From the IMG/VR virus record IMGVR_UViG_3300046007_014300, positions 5,292-69,291 of that record: DNA of 64,000 nt; one strand, written 5' to 3'. Below are positions 48,872 through 58,437 of this stretch, one piece after another (position 1 is the first letter of the stretch; each line of letters begins with the position of its first letter). This DNA comes from a virus. The notes beneath the pieces were generated by a model that was not told the DNA's origin, ran no database searches, and saw only the letters and a list, made by a program, of their open reading frames with translations. Both the position numbers and the translations under genes were made by a program.

Positions 48872-49271
48872 TGGCCTCTTTCAACTCGTGGATCGTGCGC
48901 CGCGCCGGCAGGGACTGCAACGGCAAATCAGGCTGGAAAGGATCGTTGCGGCTCAGTGACCCGGATTCTTCATCGAAGAAGAAGAACGATGGATCCACTT
49001 CAGCCGTGGGCTTGCGAAGAACCACCTTGTCTTCGACCAGCATCTGAATGCCGCGGCCAGCCTTTTTGACCTTGATGGTGAGGGTGAGGCTGCCGGCCTT
49101 GTCGGTGGCCATCACCGCCTGGGTGAGCTCGGCCAGGGCCACGGTGAGCTCGCCGTGCAAGGCGCCCTGGCGCTGGAGAAACAGCCAGGCCGAAAAGGCT
49201 TGCAAGTTTGCGGTCTCGCCGTTGGCCGCGGCGTCATCGGTGGCTTGTAAACCTGAGGGTTCGTAAGTCAT
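48849..49271 (-). CDS. Conserved phage protein (usual partner of DUF2303)
   Basis: KAGSLTLTIKV, FFF...LSRNDP.Q motifs. Confidence 0.7.
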   Translation of the reverse strand: MTYEPSGLQATDDAAANGETANLQAFSAWLFLQRQGALHGELTVALAELTQAVMATDKAGSLTLTIKVKKAGRGIQMLVEDKVVLRKPTAEVDPSFFFFDEESGSLSRNDPFQPDLPLQSLPARRTIHELKEASGVQLTN

Positions 49272-49356
49272 TTTGAGCTTTTATGAAAGAGGAAGAAAAA
49301 GCTGATGTACTGAAGCAAAATGGCAAAAAGAGCAATGCAAATGAGGCCTTGATCTG

Positions 49357-50262
49357 TCACAGCGGACCAGCCGGAATGCCGTGGTAGACAACTAGGTCGG
49401 TTTGTTCTTCAATCACCTTGATGGCATCGTTAATTGAGGATCGCAAGATTTGATCCGGCCTATCCAGCAGCAGCCGCAGGGTTAATCTTTGGTCGCGCAA
49501 TGAATACCTAAATCGTGCTGGGACTTTGAAGGGATCCGATCCTTCGAAAGGCGCCAAGGCCAAGGTGATGCTTTTGGGAATTTTCAGCTGGTTCTGCCTG
49601 CCGGCACTGGCGTTGTGCTCTTCGGTATATTGAAAACTTACTTCACCGGAAGCCAGCCTTAATGCCTGCTGGAATTTTACTCCAGAAGCAACAGAAAGAC
49701 TGGAGGCAATCTCCAACAAGTCTGCCGCGTCTGGTTCCACAATGTCAGCCAGGTGGTCTTCCAAGAAATCGGCGAATTCATCTTGAGGATGGTTTTTCTT
49801 GCAGAATTCAAACCATTCGGACCACGCTGCAGTGAGCTGGAATTCCAAGATTGCTCGATGAGCGCCCCAGCCAGGTTCTTGCTCTTTAAGATCCGAAGGG
49901 CTGTGGCGGCAATGGCCATCCAATACGGCCGTGATTGTGTGCTTGTTGCAATCAGCCCATAGCTCAGCCCGTGGGCCAGGATGGATGTGACTGTTGATAT
50001 AGTCAATAAATCCATTTAATTGATGAAACCTGAAAGTGCCTGATGGCCTTAATGGTGGCAAACCGATATCAAAACGGCTACGATCTCCAGTCAGATCAAG
50101 GAGATCCATAGAGCCGTTGCCGGTATGGGCCCAGTAAATCTTTCCAGGCTCAACCTCAAGCGGCCTGCAAGCTAATTGGGCAATTTCAGCGACTGCATCG
50201 GCTTCAGTCCTATTACCATTGCTTGGAGAAGCAGCACGAACAATTTGATCAGAGCTGGCCAT
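49357..50262 (-). CDS. DUF2303 (YfdQ-like) protein
   Basis: AVLDGH, WGAHRA, QDEFADFLED, PFEG, ARFRY. Confidence 0.85.
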   Translation of the reverse strand: MASSDQIVRAASPSNGNRTEADAVAEIAQLACRPLEVEPGKIYWAHTGNGSMDLLDLTGDRSRFDIGLPPLRPSGTFRFHQLNGFIDYINSHIHPGPRAELWADCNKHTITAVLDGHCRHSPSDLKEQEPGWGAHRAILEFQLTAAWSEWFEFCKKNHPQDEFADFLEDHLADIVEPDAADLLEIASSLSVASGVKFQQALRLASGEVSFQYTEEHNASAGRQNQLKIPKSITLALAPFEGSDPFKVPARFRYSLRDQRLTLRLLLDRPDQILRSSINDAIKVIEEQTDLVVYHGIPAGPL

Positions 50263-50326
50263 AATGGGAAAAGTCGAATGTGGGAAAAAAGTTGCGGGTT
50301 GTCAGGCGTGGATGATGGAAGCGGAG

Positions 50327-50725
50327 CTAACCAAAACCTTCACCGACTGCCGGGGGAAGATCGGGTGTCGCAATCTCATCGCGGAGCTTTGCTCGCAGCA
50401 GCGCTTCCCATTGCTCGGGGTGCGCTGCAATCCACTCGCGGGCGGAATTGCAATGCTCGATTGGGGGCAGCCCTTGGCGCGATCGCCAGGCATTGGCTGC
50501 ACAACGCGAGCATTGGGCTCCGGTGCCGGGTTGATGGCATAGATCAAGCTGCTCCAGGGTCCAGTACCCATCCAAAACACCCATAGCCGCTCGCTGGCCC
50601 CAGTTCGTTAGGCCCCTCTCAAGCCGAGAGCGGGTAACCACTCCTTCTCCAACGGAGACTGCGAAGATGTCAATCGTGGCCGCTGAAGCGACCAGATCAT
50701 CCATGGTCGTGGGTGATTCCATCAC
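50327..50725 (-). CDS. Hypothetical protein
   Basis: 132 aa ORF, coupled to neighbours. Confidence 0.55.
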   Translation of the reverse strand: MMESPTTMDDLVASAATIDIFAVSVGEGVVTRSRLERGLTNWGQRAAMGVLDGYWTLEQLDLCHQPGTGAQCSRCAANAWRSRQGLPPIEHCNSAREWIAAHPEQWEALLRAKLRDEIATPDLPPAVGEGFG

Positions 50726-51228
50726 GCCTCAGCCAGCTGGGGTTCGGCGGCCGCGGCCATTGCAGGCTCAAGCGGATTGACCACGCCAGTAGCCGCGGCC
50801 AGGGCCAACAGGGACTCGATGCGCTCGGCCCGGGTCTTCGGTGGCGGCTGGATCGCCTGGGCAGGAGGCAGGGCAAAAGCCCGGTGCTCCGCAGGCACCG
50901 GCTGTAGAGGGGTGAAAGTCCCCGCAGCGGCCAGCCGCTGGGGCAGATCACTCCGCAGCCCGCGACCCACACACGGGGAAATGCCCTGGCAGGGATAGAG
51001 ATACCGAAGCAAGGCCATGTGCAAAGCCATGTCTGGCACGGGCTCAGGATCCAGCAACAGCTGTTGTGCCGCAAAAATCAAATGAGCCTTGTTCAGCTCT
51101 TGCCGTGCCTGCTGCGGAAAGGTCAAAAACGCAAACGTGTGATCATCGCCAGTGAGCTTCTTGGCAAAGCGCTGGAGGGACGAAAGGCTCTCCAGCACGT
51201 CAAACAGGTCATCGGAACTGATCGTCAT
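50722..51228 (-). CDS. Hypothetical protein
   Basis: 168 aa ORF downstream of replication gene. Confidence 0.55.
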   Translation of the reverse strand: MTISSDDLFDVLESLSSLQRFAKKLTGDDHTFAFLTFPQQARQELNKAHLIFAAQQLLLDPEPVPDMALHMALLRYLYPCQGISPCVGRGLRSDLPQRLAAAGTFTPLQPVPAEHRAFALPPAQAIQPPPKTRAERIESLLALAAATGVVNPLEPAMAAAAEPQLAEA

Positions 51229-52408
51229 GGGCCCTCCGTACCTCGTGGTTGATCCCCCGATTCATCGCATCCCGCTTCTGCTGGCGCAGGTCGGAAGGGT
51301 CAAAATTCGGTTTGCCGGATCGTAGCATCCTGGATTCTGTATGGGCGAGGGCAAGCGTAAAATCGCTTGTTGTCGCTGCCTCCGCCAAGCCTGCAATCAC
51401 CCGGCGGTGTCCCTCGTGGCCCAGGGACTGCCAGCCGGCTTCGGCTGCCTGTTCGAGGTAGCCCTCCAGCACGCCGTGCTCAACCGCCAGGCGAATCGCG
51501 TTCAAGGTCCGGGTTCCCAACTGCAGCCGATCGGCCCGGGGATGGACGCGGCAGCGGCGCTGCCACCAGGTCGCCAGCAGATCCAGCAGATCTGGCTCCA
51601 ACTCCGGGGCATCGCCCGGCAAGGGGCAAGCCTGCGCCGAGCGGCTTTTGGCGGTGGCCGCGGCCTTCGGTTGGGCTTTGGGTTTGCTTGCCGCTGCAGC
51701 TGCGACAACGGGTTCAGCGGTGATTGGGCTGGTGGCCGCGGCCACCGGTGCCGGGTCACCGGGAGTGTCCGGCGAGGTCGGTTCAACCGGATCGAGGCTG
51801 ATCACCTCCGTCACCTCGATCACGCTGGCGGGTTCGTCCCCCGGTGCGCGCAGCGCAGTGGGGGATACAGGGGGTTCTAAAGGCTGTTCTTCTTTCTTCT
51901 TGTTAAGTACTTCTTGTTTGTATCCCCCATTTGGGGGAGGGGTCCCCTCCCCCGGTTGGGGTAGGGGTACCTCACCCCTTTTGGGGTATCCCCCATTTGG
52001 GGGAACCCCCCGTCCGGGGGATACCCCTTTCGGGGGAGTTCCCCTGCCAGGGGATGGGCCACTGTTTTGACGAGGCTCTTCCCCAGTGTTCATTAAGGTT
52101 TTGCCAGATAATGCCGGCTCCGAGCGCACATGGAAAACGGTCGTGAAACCAGGCCGTTGGACACTTGTGACCCAACCCCCGGCCTCAAGCCATCGATGGG
52201 CTTGACGCACGTCATCAGCCTTCATGCCGCATTCCACGCTCTGGGTTTCAATCGACGGGTAGGCCTTGTCGTCGGTGCCGGCATGATCCCAAAGCCATGC
52301 GTAGACGAACAAATGGTTCTTCCGGTCTCTGCAATCCCGCAGCAACTGCTTAGGGATAATGACAAAATCAGTACGCTTAAGGGTTGACTGATCTGGCTGT
52401 GATGGCAT
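51209..52408 (-). CDS. Replication initiator (N-terminal wHTH, internal iterons)
   Basis: FVIIP, LFVYAWL, AYPSIET...LEAGGWV wHTH; Pro/Gly linker coinciding with repeat array; start placed at ATG 52408. Confidence 0.75.
   Translation of the reverse strand: MPSQPDQSTLKRTDFVIIPKQLLRDCRDRKNHLFVYAWLWDHAGTDDKAYPSIETQSVECGMKADDVRQAHRWLEAGGWVTSVQRPGFTTVFHVRSEPALSGKTLMNTGEEPRQNSGPSPGRGTPPKGVSPGRGVPPNGGYPKRGEVPLPQPGEGTPPPNGGYKQEVLNKKKEEQPLEPPVSPTALRAPGDEPASVIEVTEVISLDPVEPTSPDTPGDPAPVAAATSPITAEPVVAAAAASKPKAQPKAAATAKSRSAQACPLPGDAPELEPDLLDLLATWWQRRCRVHPRADRLQLGTRTLNAIRLAVEHGVLEGYLEQAAEAGWQSLGHEGHRRVIAGLAEAATTSDFTLALAHTESRMLRSGKPNFDPSDLRQQKRDAMNRGINHEVRRAHDDQFR
51920..52053. repeat. Iteron-like array, probable replication origin
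   Basis: Seven C4-6/N4-5/G4-5 units; exact 19-mer GTATCCCCCATTTGGGGGA at 51920 and 51986; adjacent T-rich tract. Confidence 0.75.
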
Positions 52409-52619
52409 AGAATTCAGATGTTGAATGTGATGGTAGAGGGCCTGGCCTGACTGGGCTCGACGCCTTGCGGATCGCTGGGGAGCGGCTGTAAGCACACGTT
52501 CTGCAAAGAACCCCGGTTCGGCCCCGGGGTTTCTTTGTGGATGCAGATATAGGCCATCCACGAAACAGGATAGGGGCTTGCTGGCGTCTCGAACAACTGA
52601 TGGGCGGGAATCGGGCAGA

Positions 52620-53558
52620 ATGCAAGAGCCACCCTTCTCCATGCGGACACGGTCATTGCCCAAAGCCACCCCGCCAGAACTGCAGCGCTTTGCGCGCGGG
52701 CAAGAGACCTTCGCCGCTTTGACTCGCAGCTGGATGGCGCGCTCGGGCTGGAGCTATGCCGCCATGGCCGACCTGGCCGAAGCCGCCGTTGTCGCCCTGG
52801 AGGCGAACGGCATCCCCGGCATGGGGCAGGGCCCTTATGCCACGGATGATCTTGCTATCGCAAATGGCCACGTCTGGCGCGCTAAGAGGGACGGCATTGG
52901 CAACAACACCACCATCCCCAAGCTGAATCAGGAATCAGAGGACTGGGAACGGGTCGCCACCGTGCGCAGGATTTTTGCCTCCCAGATCAACAACCTGCAA
53001 CGCCAACTGCTCAAGCAGGTATCGCCGGTGATTTTTGACAGCTACGGGCTGCTCAACAAATACATTGAGGCCGTCCAGACCGGCAAACTGCCAGCACCCA
53101 AATCAGAGGTCCTGGCTCGGCATATCAGCAGCGCTGTAACGATCACCGACGAACAGGGCCTCTACGGCGCCGAAGAATTTTTCAGCGTTTATTTGGGCAA
53201 CTTGTCCCCGGAAATCGTTGAACCGGTGGTGAACGATCAGGAAGCTCGATCCATTAGCGCAGCCGTAGCCAAGAAAATTCGCGAAGGCATTCAGGCCTGC
53301 AAACTTGATCTGATCGACGACTGGAGCCAGTTCCTCTCCTGTTACCCCACATCAAACCCTGAGCGACTGGCCCGCATCCGCGAGGTGGCCCTGGGCCTTG
53401 GTGCCTGGTCAGCGGATCAGGTGCGCGACGAGGAGGCCGCCGTCGCCATCGCCCTGGTCCGCCTGGCCAGCCGCAATCGGCCGCAGCTCAGCGATGCCTC
53501 AGCAACCGCTGCACCCGCAATTGAGGGATCCCAGGTATCAACCCAGGGGCAGGGCTGA
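52620..53558 (+). CDS. Hypothetical protein, possible regulator, divergent from rep
   Basis: Long ORF; WMARSGWSYAAMADLAE is HTH-like; start uncertain (52620 or 52641). Confidence 0.65.
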   Translation: MQEPPFSMRTRSLPKATPPELQRFARGQETFAALTRSWMARSGWSYAAMADLAEAAVVALEANGIPGMGQGPYATDDLAIANGHVWRAKRDGIGNNTTIPKLNQESEDWERVATVRRIFASQINNLQRQLLKQVSPVIFDSYGLLNKYIEAVQTGKLPAPKSEVLARHISSAVTITDEQGLYGAEEFFSVYLGNLSPEIVEPVVNDQEARSISAAVAKKIREGIQACKLDLIDDWSQFLSCYPTSNPERLARIREVALGLGAWSADQVRDEEAAVAIALVRLASRNRPQLSDASATAAPAIEGSQVSTQGQG

Positions 53559-53852
53559 CGGGGCCGCGGCGGTCCCACTGCTCCCACGTTCGTACGCCAG
53601 CTCCACCTGCTCATTGCTCTCCGGGCACCGCCAGCGCAACACCAGCCTGTCCACAGGCCAGAGCAGCAACCATTGCGACCGAGCCCGCCAAATCTTGTCG
53701 GCAGCCTCTGCCGAGCTGGTCTCACATGTCAGATCCGAACCTGTAACCGCAAAAATCAGCGCTGGAACCGTCACGGGCAAAGCAATGGGCGTTGGCATAC
53801 AGGATCTTGGATGGGTGCTATCCTTTGGCTGTCCAGCCCACCATACTGATTT

Positions 53853-54761
53853 GTGGATGTTCCCCAACAGGGCACCGAGCCCACGCTCACGGATGAAAAA
53901 CCGGCTCAACAGCTGGAAAACCCTGGTCGCCTACAAGCCCTTGAAAAAAGGCTCGCAAAATTAAGCGAGTGGGCCTTGTCTGCCCAGGAAGGGTTCATAG
54001 GATTACAAGAAAAGCAAGACTTGCTTGCTGCTGACCTCGCTTCTCATCAGGCAGCACTACAAACTCAACAGCAGGCCGCGGCTGTTGACGTGGTGATGGG
54101 TTACAGGCCTTCAGTTGAGCAGCTAATCCTGCTGTTTGAGGCCTTGGCGCAGTGGCAGCAGGGCGCCCCTGAGGTTGAGAAATCAGCCCGGGCCAGTTTC
54201 AGAACCAAAGACAATAACGAAGGAGGAGGAGGAGGAGGGAAAGAGGTGAATTATTCGTATGCCACACCAGGTGAAATTTCTTCCTTGGCACGAACATCAG
54301 GAGTATTTGGGCTAGCGCATTTTCACCGAGAAGTTGTTCTTTCAGATTATAGTGTCATTAGAACTTATTTGTTACATAAGGGCGGTGGTTTTATTTACTC
54401 AGACGTGCCACTTTTGACGAGGGAAAATAAATTACTTAGTCCTATGCAAGTGTGGTCAGTGGCTAACACTTCGGCAAGGCGACTAGGACTCCTTTCGGTC
54501 TTAGGCATCATGCCAAGCGACACCGATGATGATGGCAATCCGCGCCAGCCAGAGGGCCAGGCAAATGGCCGCGGCCGATCAATACGAACTGTGGGTGCAA
54601 CTTCGGGCTCCGCCACCGGACTGGGAGAAAAACCACCGCCATTGCCTGAAGCGAACATAAAGCGCATCCCAACTTCCAAACCTGCTGCTGTGGGGGCAGG
54701 ACCTGGGCAAGCGGCAGCACCGATCCCAACCACAGCAACGGCCGGCTATGCGCCCGCATGA
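53853..54761 (+). CDS. ERF-family single-strand annealing protein
   Basis: YSYAT, TYLLH..G..I.S, SARRLGLLSVLGI...DDDG. Confidence 0.78.
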   Translation: MDVPQQGTEPTLTDEKPAQQLENPGRLQALEKRLAKLSEWALSAQEGFIGLQEKQDLLAADLASHQAALQTQQQAAAVDVVMGYRPSVEQLILLFEALAQWQQGAPEVEKSARASFRTKDNNEGGGGGGKEVNYSYATPGEISSLARTSGVFGLAHFHREVVLSDYSVIRTYLLHKGGGFIYSDVPLLTRENKLLSPMQVWSVANTSARRLGLLSVLGIMPSDTDDDGNPRQPEGQANGRGRSIRTVGATSGSATGLGEKPPPLPEANIKRIPTSKPAAVGAGPGQAAAPIPTTATAGYAPA

Positions 54762-54935
54762 TGACCCTTGCCATCAAGCCATCCTTTTTGCTATTGCGCT
54801 GGCGAGTCAATTCTCAATGGTCTTGTTTGAGTTTCTCAACCCATGATCCTCAATGGCGCGAGACATTTCAAACGATGGTGCGCAACCAATTGCAAGTCCA
54901 TTTGATTTATCCTCCAACCAAAGCATCTAAAGACT

Positions 54936-55421
54936 ATGTCACGAATTGTTCGAACAGCTGAGCCTGATGTCTTCTTTCATGAGGACGCCGGTTACCTCAT
55001 CCCTCCTAAACAGAGCAATCTAGCGCCCCTGCTTTTGATTGCCCGATGTGGCACCCTAGGCCTGCGTGCCAATGGCACCCTGGTTCGCTTGCACCGGCCT
55101 GAGGAATGGTCAGCCGGCATGCACGGCATGTACGGCGAATGGAGCGAGATTGAGATGAATTGCCGAGGGCTTACCTGGGATGAAGATAGAACAAAAACAC
55201 TTTTGGAACAAACAGAATCCATGCTTTTGTTGCCCGAAAAAAGCTTGAGCCAAGAGACCCTTGCAATAGCTTGCCTTGTTTGGGCCCAGGCCCACATCGT
55301 AAGCCTTATGCCGTACAAGAAAGCGCAGCTTCGCATAGAAGAACTTCAAGAAGCCATTGAAAATGTCAAGAAGGAGAACAGTAAGTTAAAGGCAGCTTTG
55401 ACTAAATCTAAAAATTCCTGA
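54936..55421 (+). CDS. Hypothetical protein
   Basis: 161 aa ORF with coiled-coil end. Confidence 0.55.
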   Translation: MSRIVRTAEPDVFFHEDAGYLIPPKQSNLAPLLLIARCGTLGLRANGTLVRLHRPEEWSAGMHGMYGEWSEIEMNCRGLTWDEDRTKTLLEQTESMLLLPEKSLSQETLAIACLVWAQAHIVSLMPYKKAQLRIEELQEAIENVKKENSKLKAALTKSKNS

Positions 55422-55452
55422 AGCGAACTAACTACTAATTTTATTGCCTCCC

Positions 55453-55866
55453 ATGAACACAATTCAAATCATTGGCAAGATCACTCGCGAACCGGAAATG
55501 GACGGAGATATTACGAGAATGGAGCTTGCTTCCTTCGACAATCAAGATCCAAGGCCAATCTGGTTCAAGGTTTCCGTCAAGGGGCACAAAAAACTGATGG
55601 CAAACATCAAAAAGGAATCGTTGGTGGCCATTACAGGCTCTATGAAATCTATGCACTGGCCCAACCCAGCCACAAAAGTAACCTATAGGACACTGGTCCT
55701 ATGCGCAACATCTGTGCATTTGCTAGAAGATTTTAGAAATCGCCTGTCAATTGTCCATCAAGATGAGGCAAAGCCCAGCTTGGAATGCCGCATCCGAGAT
55801 CTGGACCGTGGGGCAATTGAACAACATATCACTAGCGCTAAGCGATCTGGAGGGTCACTCGCATGA
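55453..55866 (+). CDS. SSB-like OB-fold protein
   Basis: MNTIQIIGKITREPE, WFKVSV, KESLVAITGSM; lacks acidic DIPF tail. Confidence 0.7.
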   Translation: MNTIQIIGKITREPEMDGDITRMELASFDNQDPRPIWFKVSVKGHKKLMANIKKESLVAITGSMKSMHWPNPATKVTYRTLVLCATSVHLLEDFRNRLSIVHQDEAKPSLECRIRDLDRGAIEQHITSAKRSGGSLA

Positions 55867-56471
55867 ATCATGCAACACAAGGCCATGCCACAGAGGAACA
55901 AGTGTTCCCCTTGTTGTGCAAAAAAGTAAATCAAGACAATCAAGTCAGATGGATCAAAACCAAGATTGGTGAGATCCTGCTTAGACACTTTGTCATTACT
56001 GAAGCGCAGCTCAGGACAGAGTTGGCTCCCTGTGCGGAGCGATTAATAGACGGCGATGGTAAAGATATGTTGGGCCTTGTTTTAGAACAGATGCTATTGC
56101 GAAAGCAACTCCAGCGATGGCAGCCCTATCCAGGCATGCCACCCTCTTTTGGAAATGATGATTTTGTCTATTTGATGCCATCACAGGGGGAGCTTTATGT
56201 TTTTGATCTAATTGAACCGCTTGAACCACAAATAACCGAGCAAACAACTCGTGAGTTGCCGCAAGCGCCACTCTCTTTAGCCAACCGATTGGCGGCCGCT
56301 GCGTGTAAGGGCAGTGGCATTTGTGAAGCCATAGCCTTAAAGACTGATGGGTATTGTGCTGTCTGCAGACAAATGAGCGCTGCAGTTGCTGCAGAGCTGG
56401 CCAAGGAACTACGCGAACACCACGGTGGCAGCTCCCAGGTCGCGGACATGCTCGATGGGTTGTTGGGATGA
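55863..56471 (+). CDS. Hypothetical protein
   Basis: 202 aa ORF, ATGA-coupled on both sides. Confidence 0.55.
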   Translation: MNHATQGHATEEQVFPLLCKKVNQDNQVRWIKTKIGEILLRHFVITEAQLRTELAPCAERLIDGDGKDMLGLVLEQMLLRKQLQRWQPYPGMPPSFGNDDFVYLMPSQGELYVFDLIEPLEPQITEQTTRELPQAPLSLANRLAAAACKGSGICEAIALKTDGYCAVCRQMSAAVAAELAKELREHHGGSSQVADMLDGLLG

Positions 56472-56968
56472 GCACAGGCAAAAGGCCCAAAACAAACTTA
56501 TCAGCAAATGTATCAACCAAGAAACGAAGTCGCTTGGAGAATATTTTTAGCGCTAAATGGCTGCGCGATTACCCTCATTTGCATTTTGAACGTGAATATG
56601 TGATTCCTGGCTGGCGGGCATGGGCCGAAGAAAAAAAACAACTGGGCCTTGTTACCAGACGGGTTCCGTTCAAGGCTGATTTTGCTTGGCCTCAAGCGTG
56701 TGTAGTTGTGGAGGTTCAAGGCGGCACCTTTGTCGTTGGCGGCCATTCGACTGGGCCAGGCATTGAGCGCGACGCCATCAAAAGCCTTACCGCTCAAGTC
56801 AGCGGTTGGGCGCTGATCTGCCTAACTGACAAGATGTTGACTCGCAATGGCGAGAAGATATGGCTGCCGAAACTGGCATCATTTATTGTCGCTCGAACCG
56901 CATCAAAAGCAGCAATACGTGAGATCGCCATAAAGCAATCTGTTGAAAACCTGATGATGCAAGGCTGA
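56468..56968 (+). CDS. PD-(D/E)XK nuclease (Vsr/DUF559-like)
   Basis: REY, FKADFAWP, VVVEVQGG...GH, RD..K...GW. Confidence 0.8.
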   Translation: MSTGKRPKTNLSANVSTKKRSRLENIFSAKWLRDYPHLHFEREYVIPGWRAWAEEKKQLGLVTRRVPFKADFAWPQACVVVEVQGGTFVVGGHSTGPGIERDAIKSLTAQVSGWALICLTDKMLTRNGEKIWLPKLASFIVARTASKAAIREIAIKQSVENLMMQG

Positions 56969-57579
56969 TGGCTATTGAAACGCAAGGCTTTTGGCTCTCT
57001 CTGTGGGGCAGAACCCTGGATTCCAGTGCGATTGTGGAGCTGCAGACTGGTCAGCCACGCAAATTTCTGCCGCCCGGGACATTCTGTAAGCCAGCAAAAG
57101 CCAGTGTTAAAGATGTGTTGGCAGAAGAAGCCTATAACATTCGCTCTGTTGCCGTCGAATTACCAGGAGAATGTTTGCCTTTTATACTCTATACAGTTAA
57201 ATTGTCTGATAACCCCAATGCAACAGGATCAAATCACAGAATGTTAACTTTACCAACAGGGGGCTTCATCATCAACCCAAACCGAGAAACCCCTGCAAAA
57301 TCTGTCACGCTGCGATTCCCAGTGGGAACCTTGTTGCTGCGCTTGGAAAGACCTTGCACCGAAAATCAATGGTGCCGTGATAAAGCCCTGATTGCTACAG
57401 CTGTCCCCCGTTTCACGGCTGATGGTTGGTGCCGCCGCACCTTCCATTACGACGACCCTGCCAGGGTGTTCCAACCAACTGCGATTGTTTACCGAGACAG
57501 CCTCGATGCCATCGTTTTTGTTGAAGAGTTCAACCGACAAGGCGACACCATTGTGACTGAACGATTCTCGCTGCAGTAA
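56968..57579 (+). CDS. Hypothetical protein
   Basis: 203 aa ORF, TGATG coupling. Confidence 0.55.
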   Translation: MAIETQGFWLSLWGRTLDSSAIVELQTGQPRKFLPPGTFCKPAKASVKDVLAEEAYNIRSVAVELPGECLPFILYTVKLSDNPNATGSNHRMLTLPTGGFIINPNRETPAKSVTLRFPVGTLLLRLERPCTENQWCRDKALIATAVPRFTADGWCRRTFHYDDPARVFQPTAIVYRDSLDAIVFVEEFNRQGDTIVTERFSLQ

Positions 57580-57613
57580 TCGGCAGAATGGATGGACAAC
57601 GTATGCCATCACG

Positions 57614-58339
57614 ATGACTGGACGGATTGCCGACAAGAAGCCTGAAGCGGTCAAAACCATCCTCACCATCACTGCTCAACAGGATTCCTGGCTCAAGCAG
57701 AAGCCAATCCCAGCGAGTGACCTCAGCCCAGACCAAAGGAAGCCAGTGAAGGCAGGAGCCATTCACGGTTTGGTGGCCGTACGGGAAATCCCCCGCACGG
57801 CCCATGTTGAGGTCGACCTTGCCGAAGGCGGCGGCACCTGGGTGATCTGGCAGCCCCACTGGAGAGGTTTCTCAGAGCCTCCCACCAGCTCCATCGTGAG
57901 CGGCTTGATTGATTGGCGCGACATGGGCGCAGCGGTATCGACTCATCTCAGCGTTGGTGAGGTGCTGCAGTTCGATCCCCGTCGGCGGCCATCACCCTCC
58001 AGCGGGGACATCCCCCGCATCATCCACACTGCACGCAAAGGCTTTGAGCCCCTCAGGCTTGCCTGGGGGACACCGCTGGGCGTGACGAGCTTCTACCGAC
58101 CTGAGCCGATCAACGGTGAAGTTGGAGGGGTGCGGAACAGTCACCACATCCCCGGCAACGCATTTGACATCTACCCCATCGGCCGCAGCTTGGAGGAGTT
58201 ATACCAATGGGCTCGCGTTCGCTGGACGGGCGGCCTGGGCGATGGCCGAGATCGGGGCTTTCTCCACTTCGACACCCGCAATGGTGGGGGATTTGCACCC
58301 GGCGGTGGCCGGCGGCCGGCGGCTGAATGGATCTACTGA
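57614..58339 (+). CDS. Endolysin, peptidase M15 family
   Basis: TSFYRP..N..VGG..NSHH..GNAFDI, GFLHFDTR. Confidence 0.88.
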   Translation: MTGRIADKKPEAVKTILTITAQQDSWLKQKPIPASDLSPDQRKPVKAGAIHGLVAVREIPRTAHVEVDLAEGGGTWVIWQPHWRGFSEPPTSSIVSGLIDWRDMGAAVSTHLSVGEVLQFDPRRRPSPSSGDIPRIIHTARKGFEPLRLAWGTPLGVTSFYRPEPINGEVGGVRNSHHIPGNAFDIYPIGRSLEELYQWARVRWTGGLGDGRDRGFLHFDTRNGGGFAPGGGRRPAAEWIY

Positions 58340-58437
58340 ATTGGATGCCCTACAAACGGCCCGAACCCATCATCCCACCGATTCTGACGGCAGGGCAGGC
58401 ACTGTTCCTGGCATCCCAGCAGCAGCTGCACCGCCAA

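Noticed and set aside
51920-52053. CRISPR array
   Set aside because: Units are short, degenerate, lack unique spacers and lie inside a CDS; no cas genes seen.
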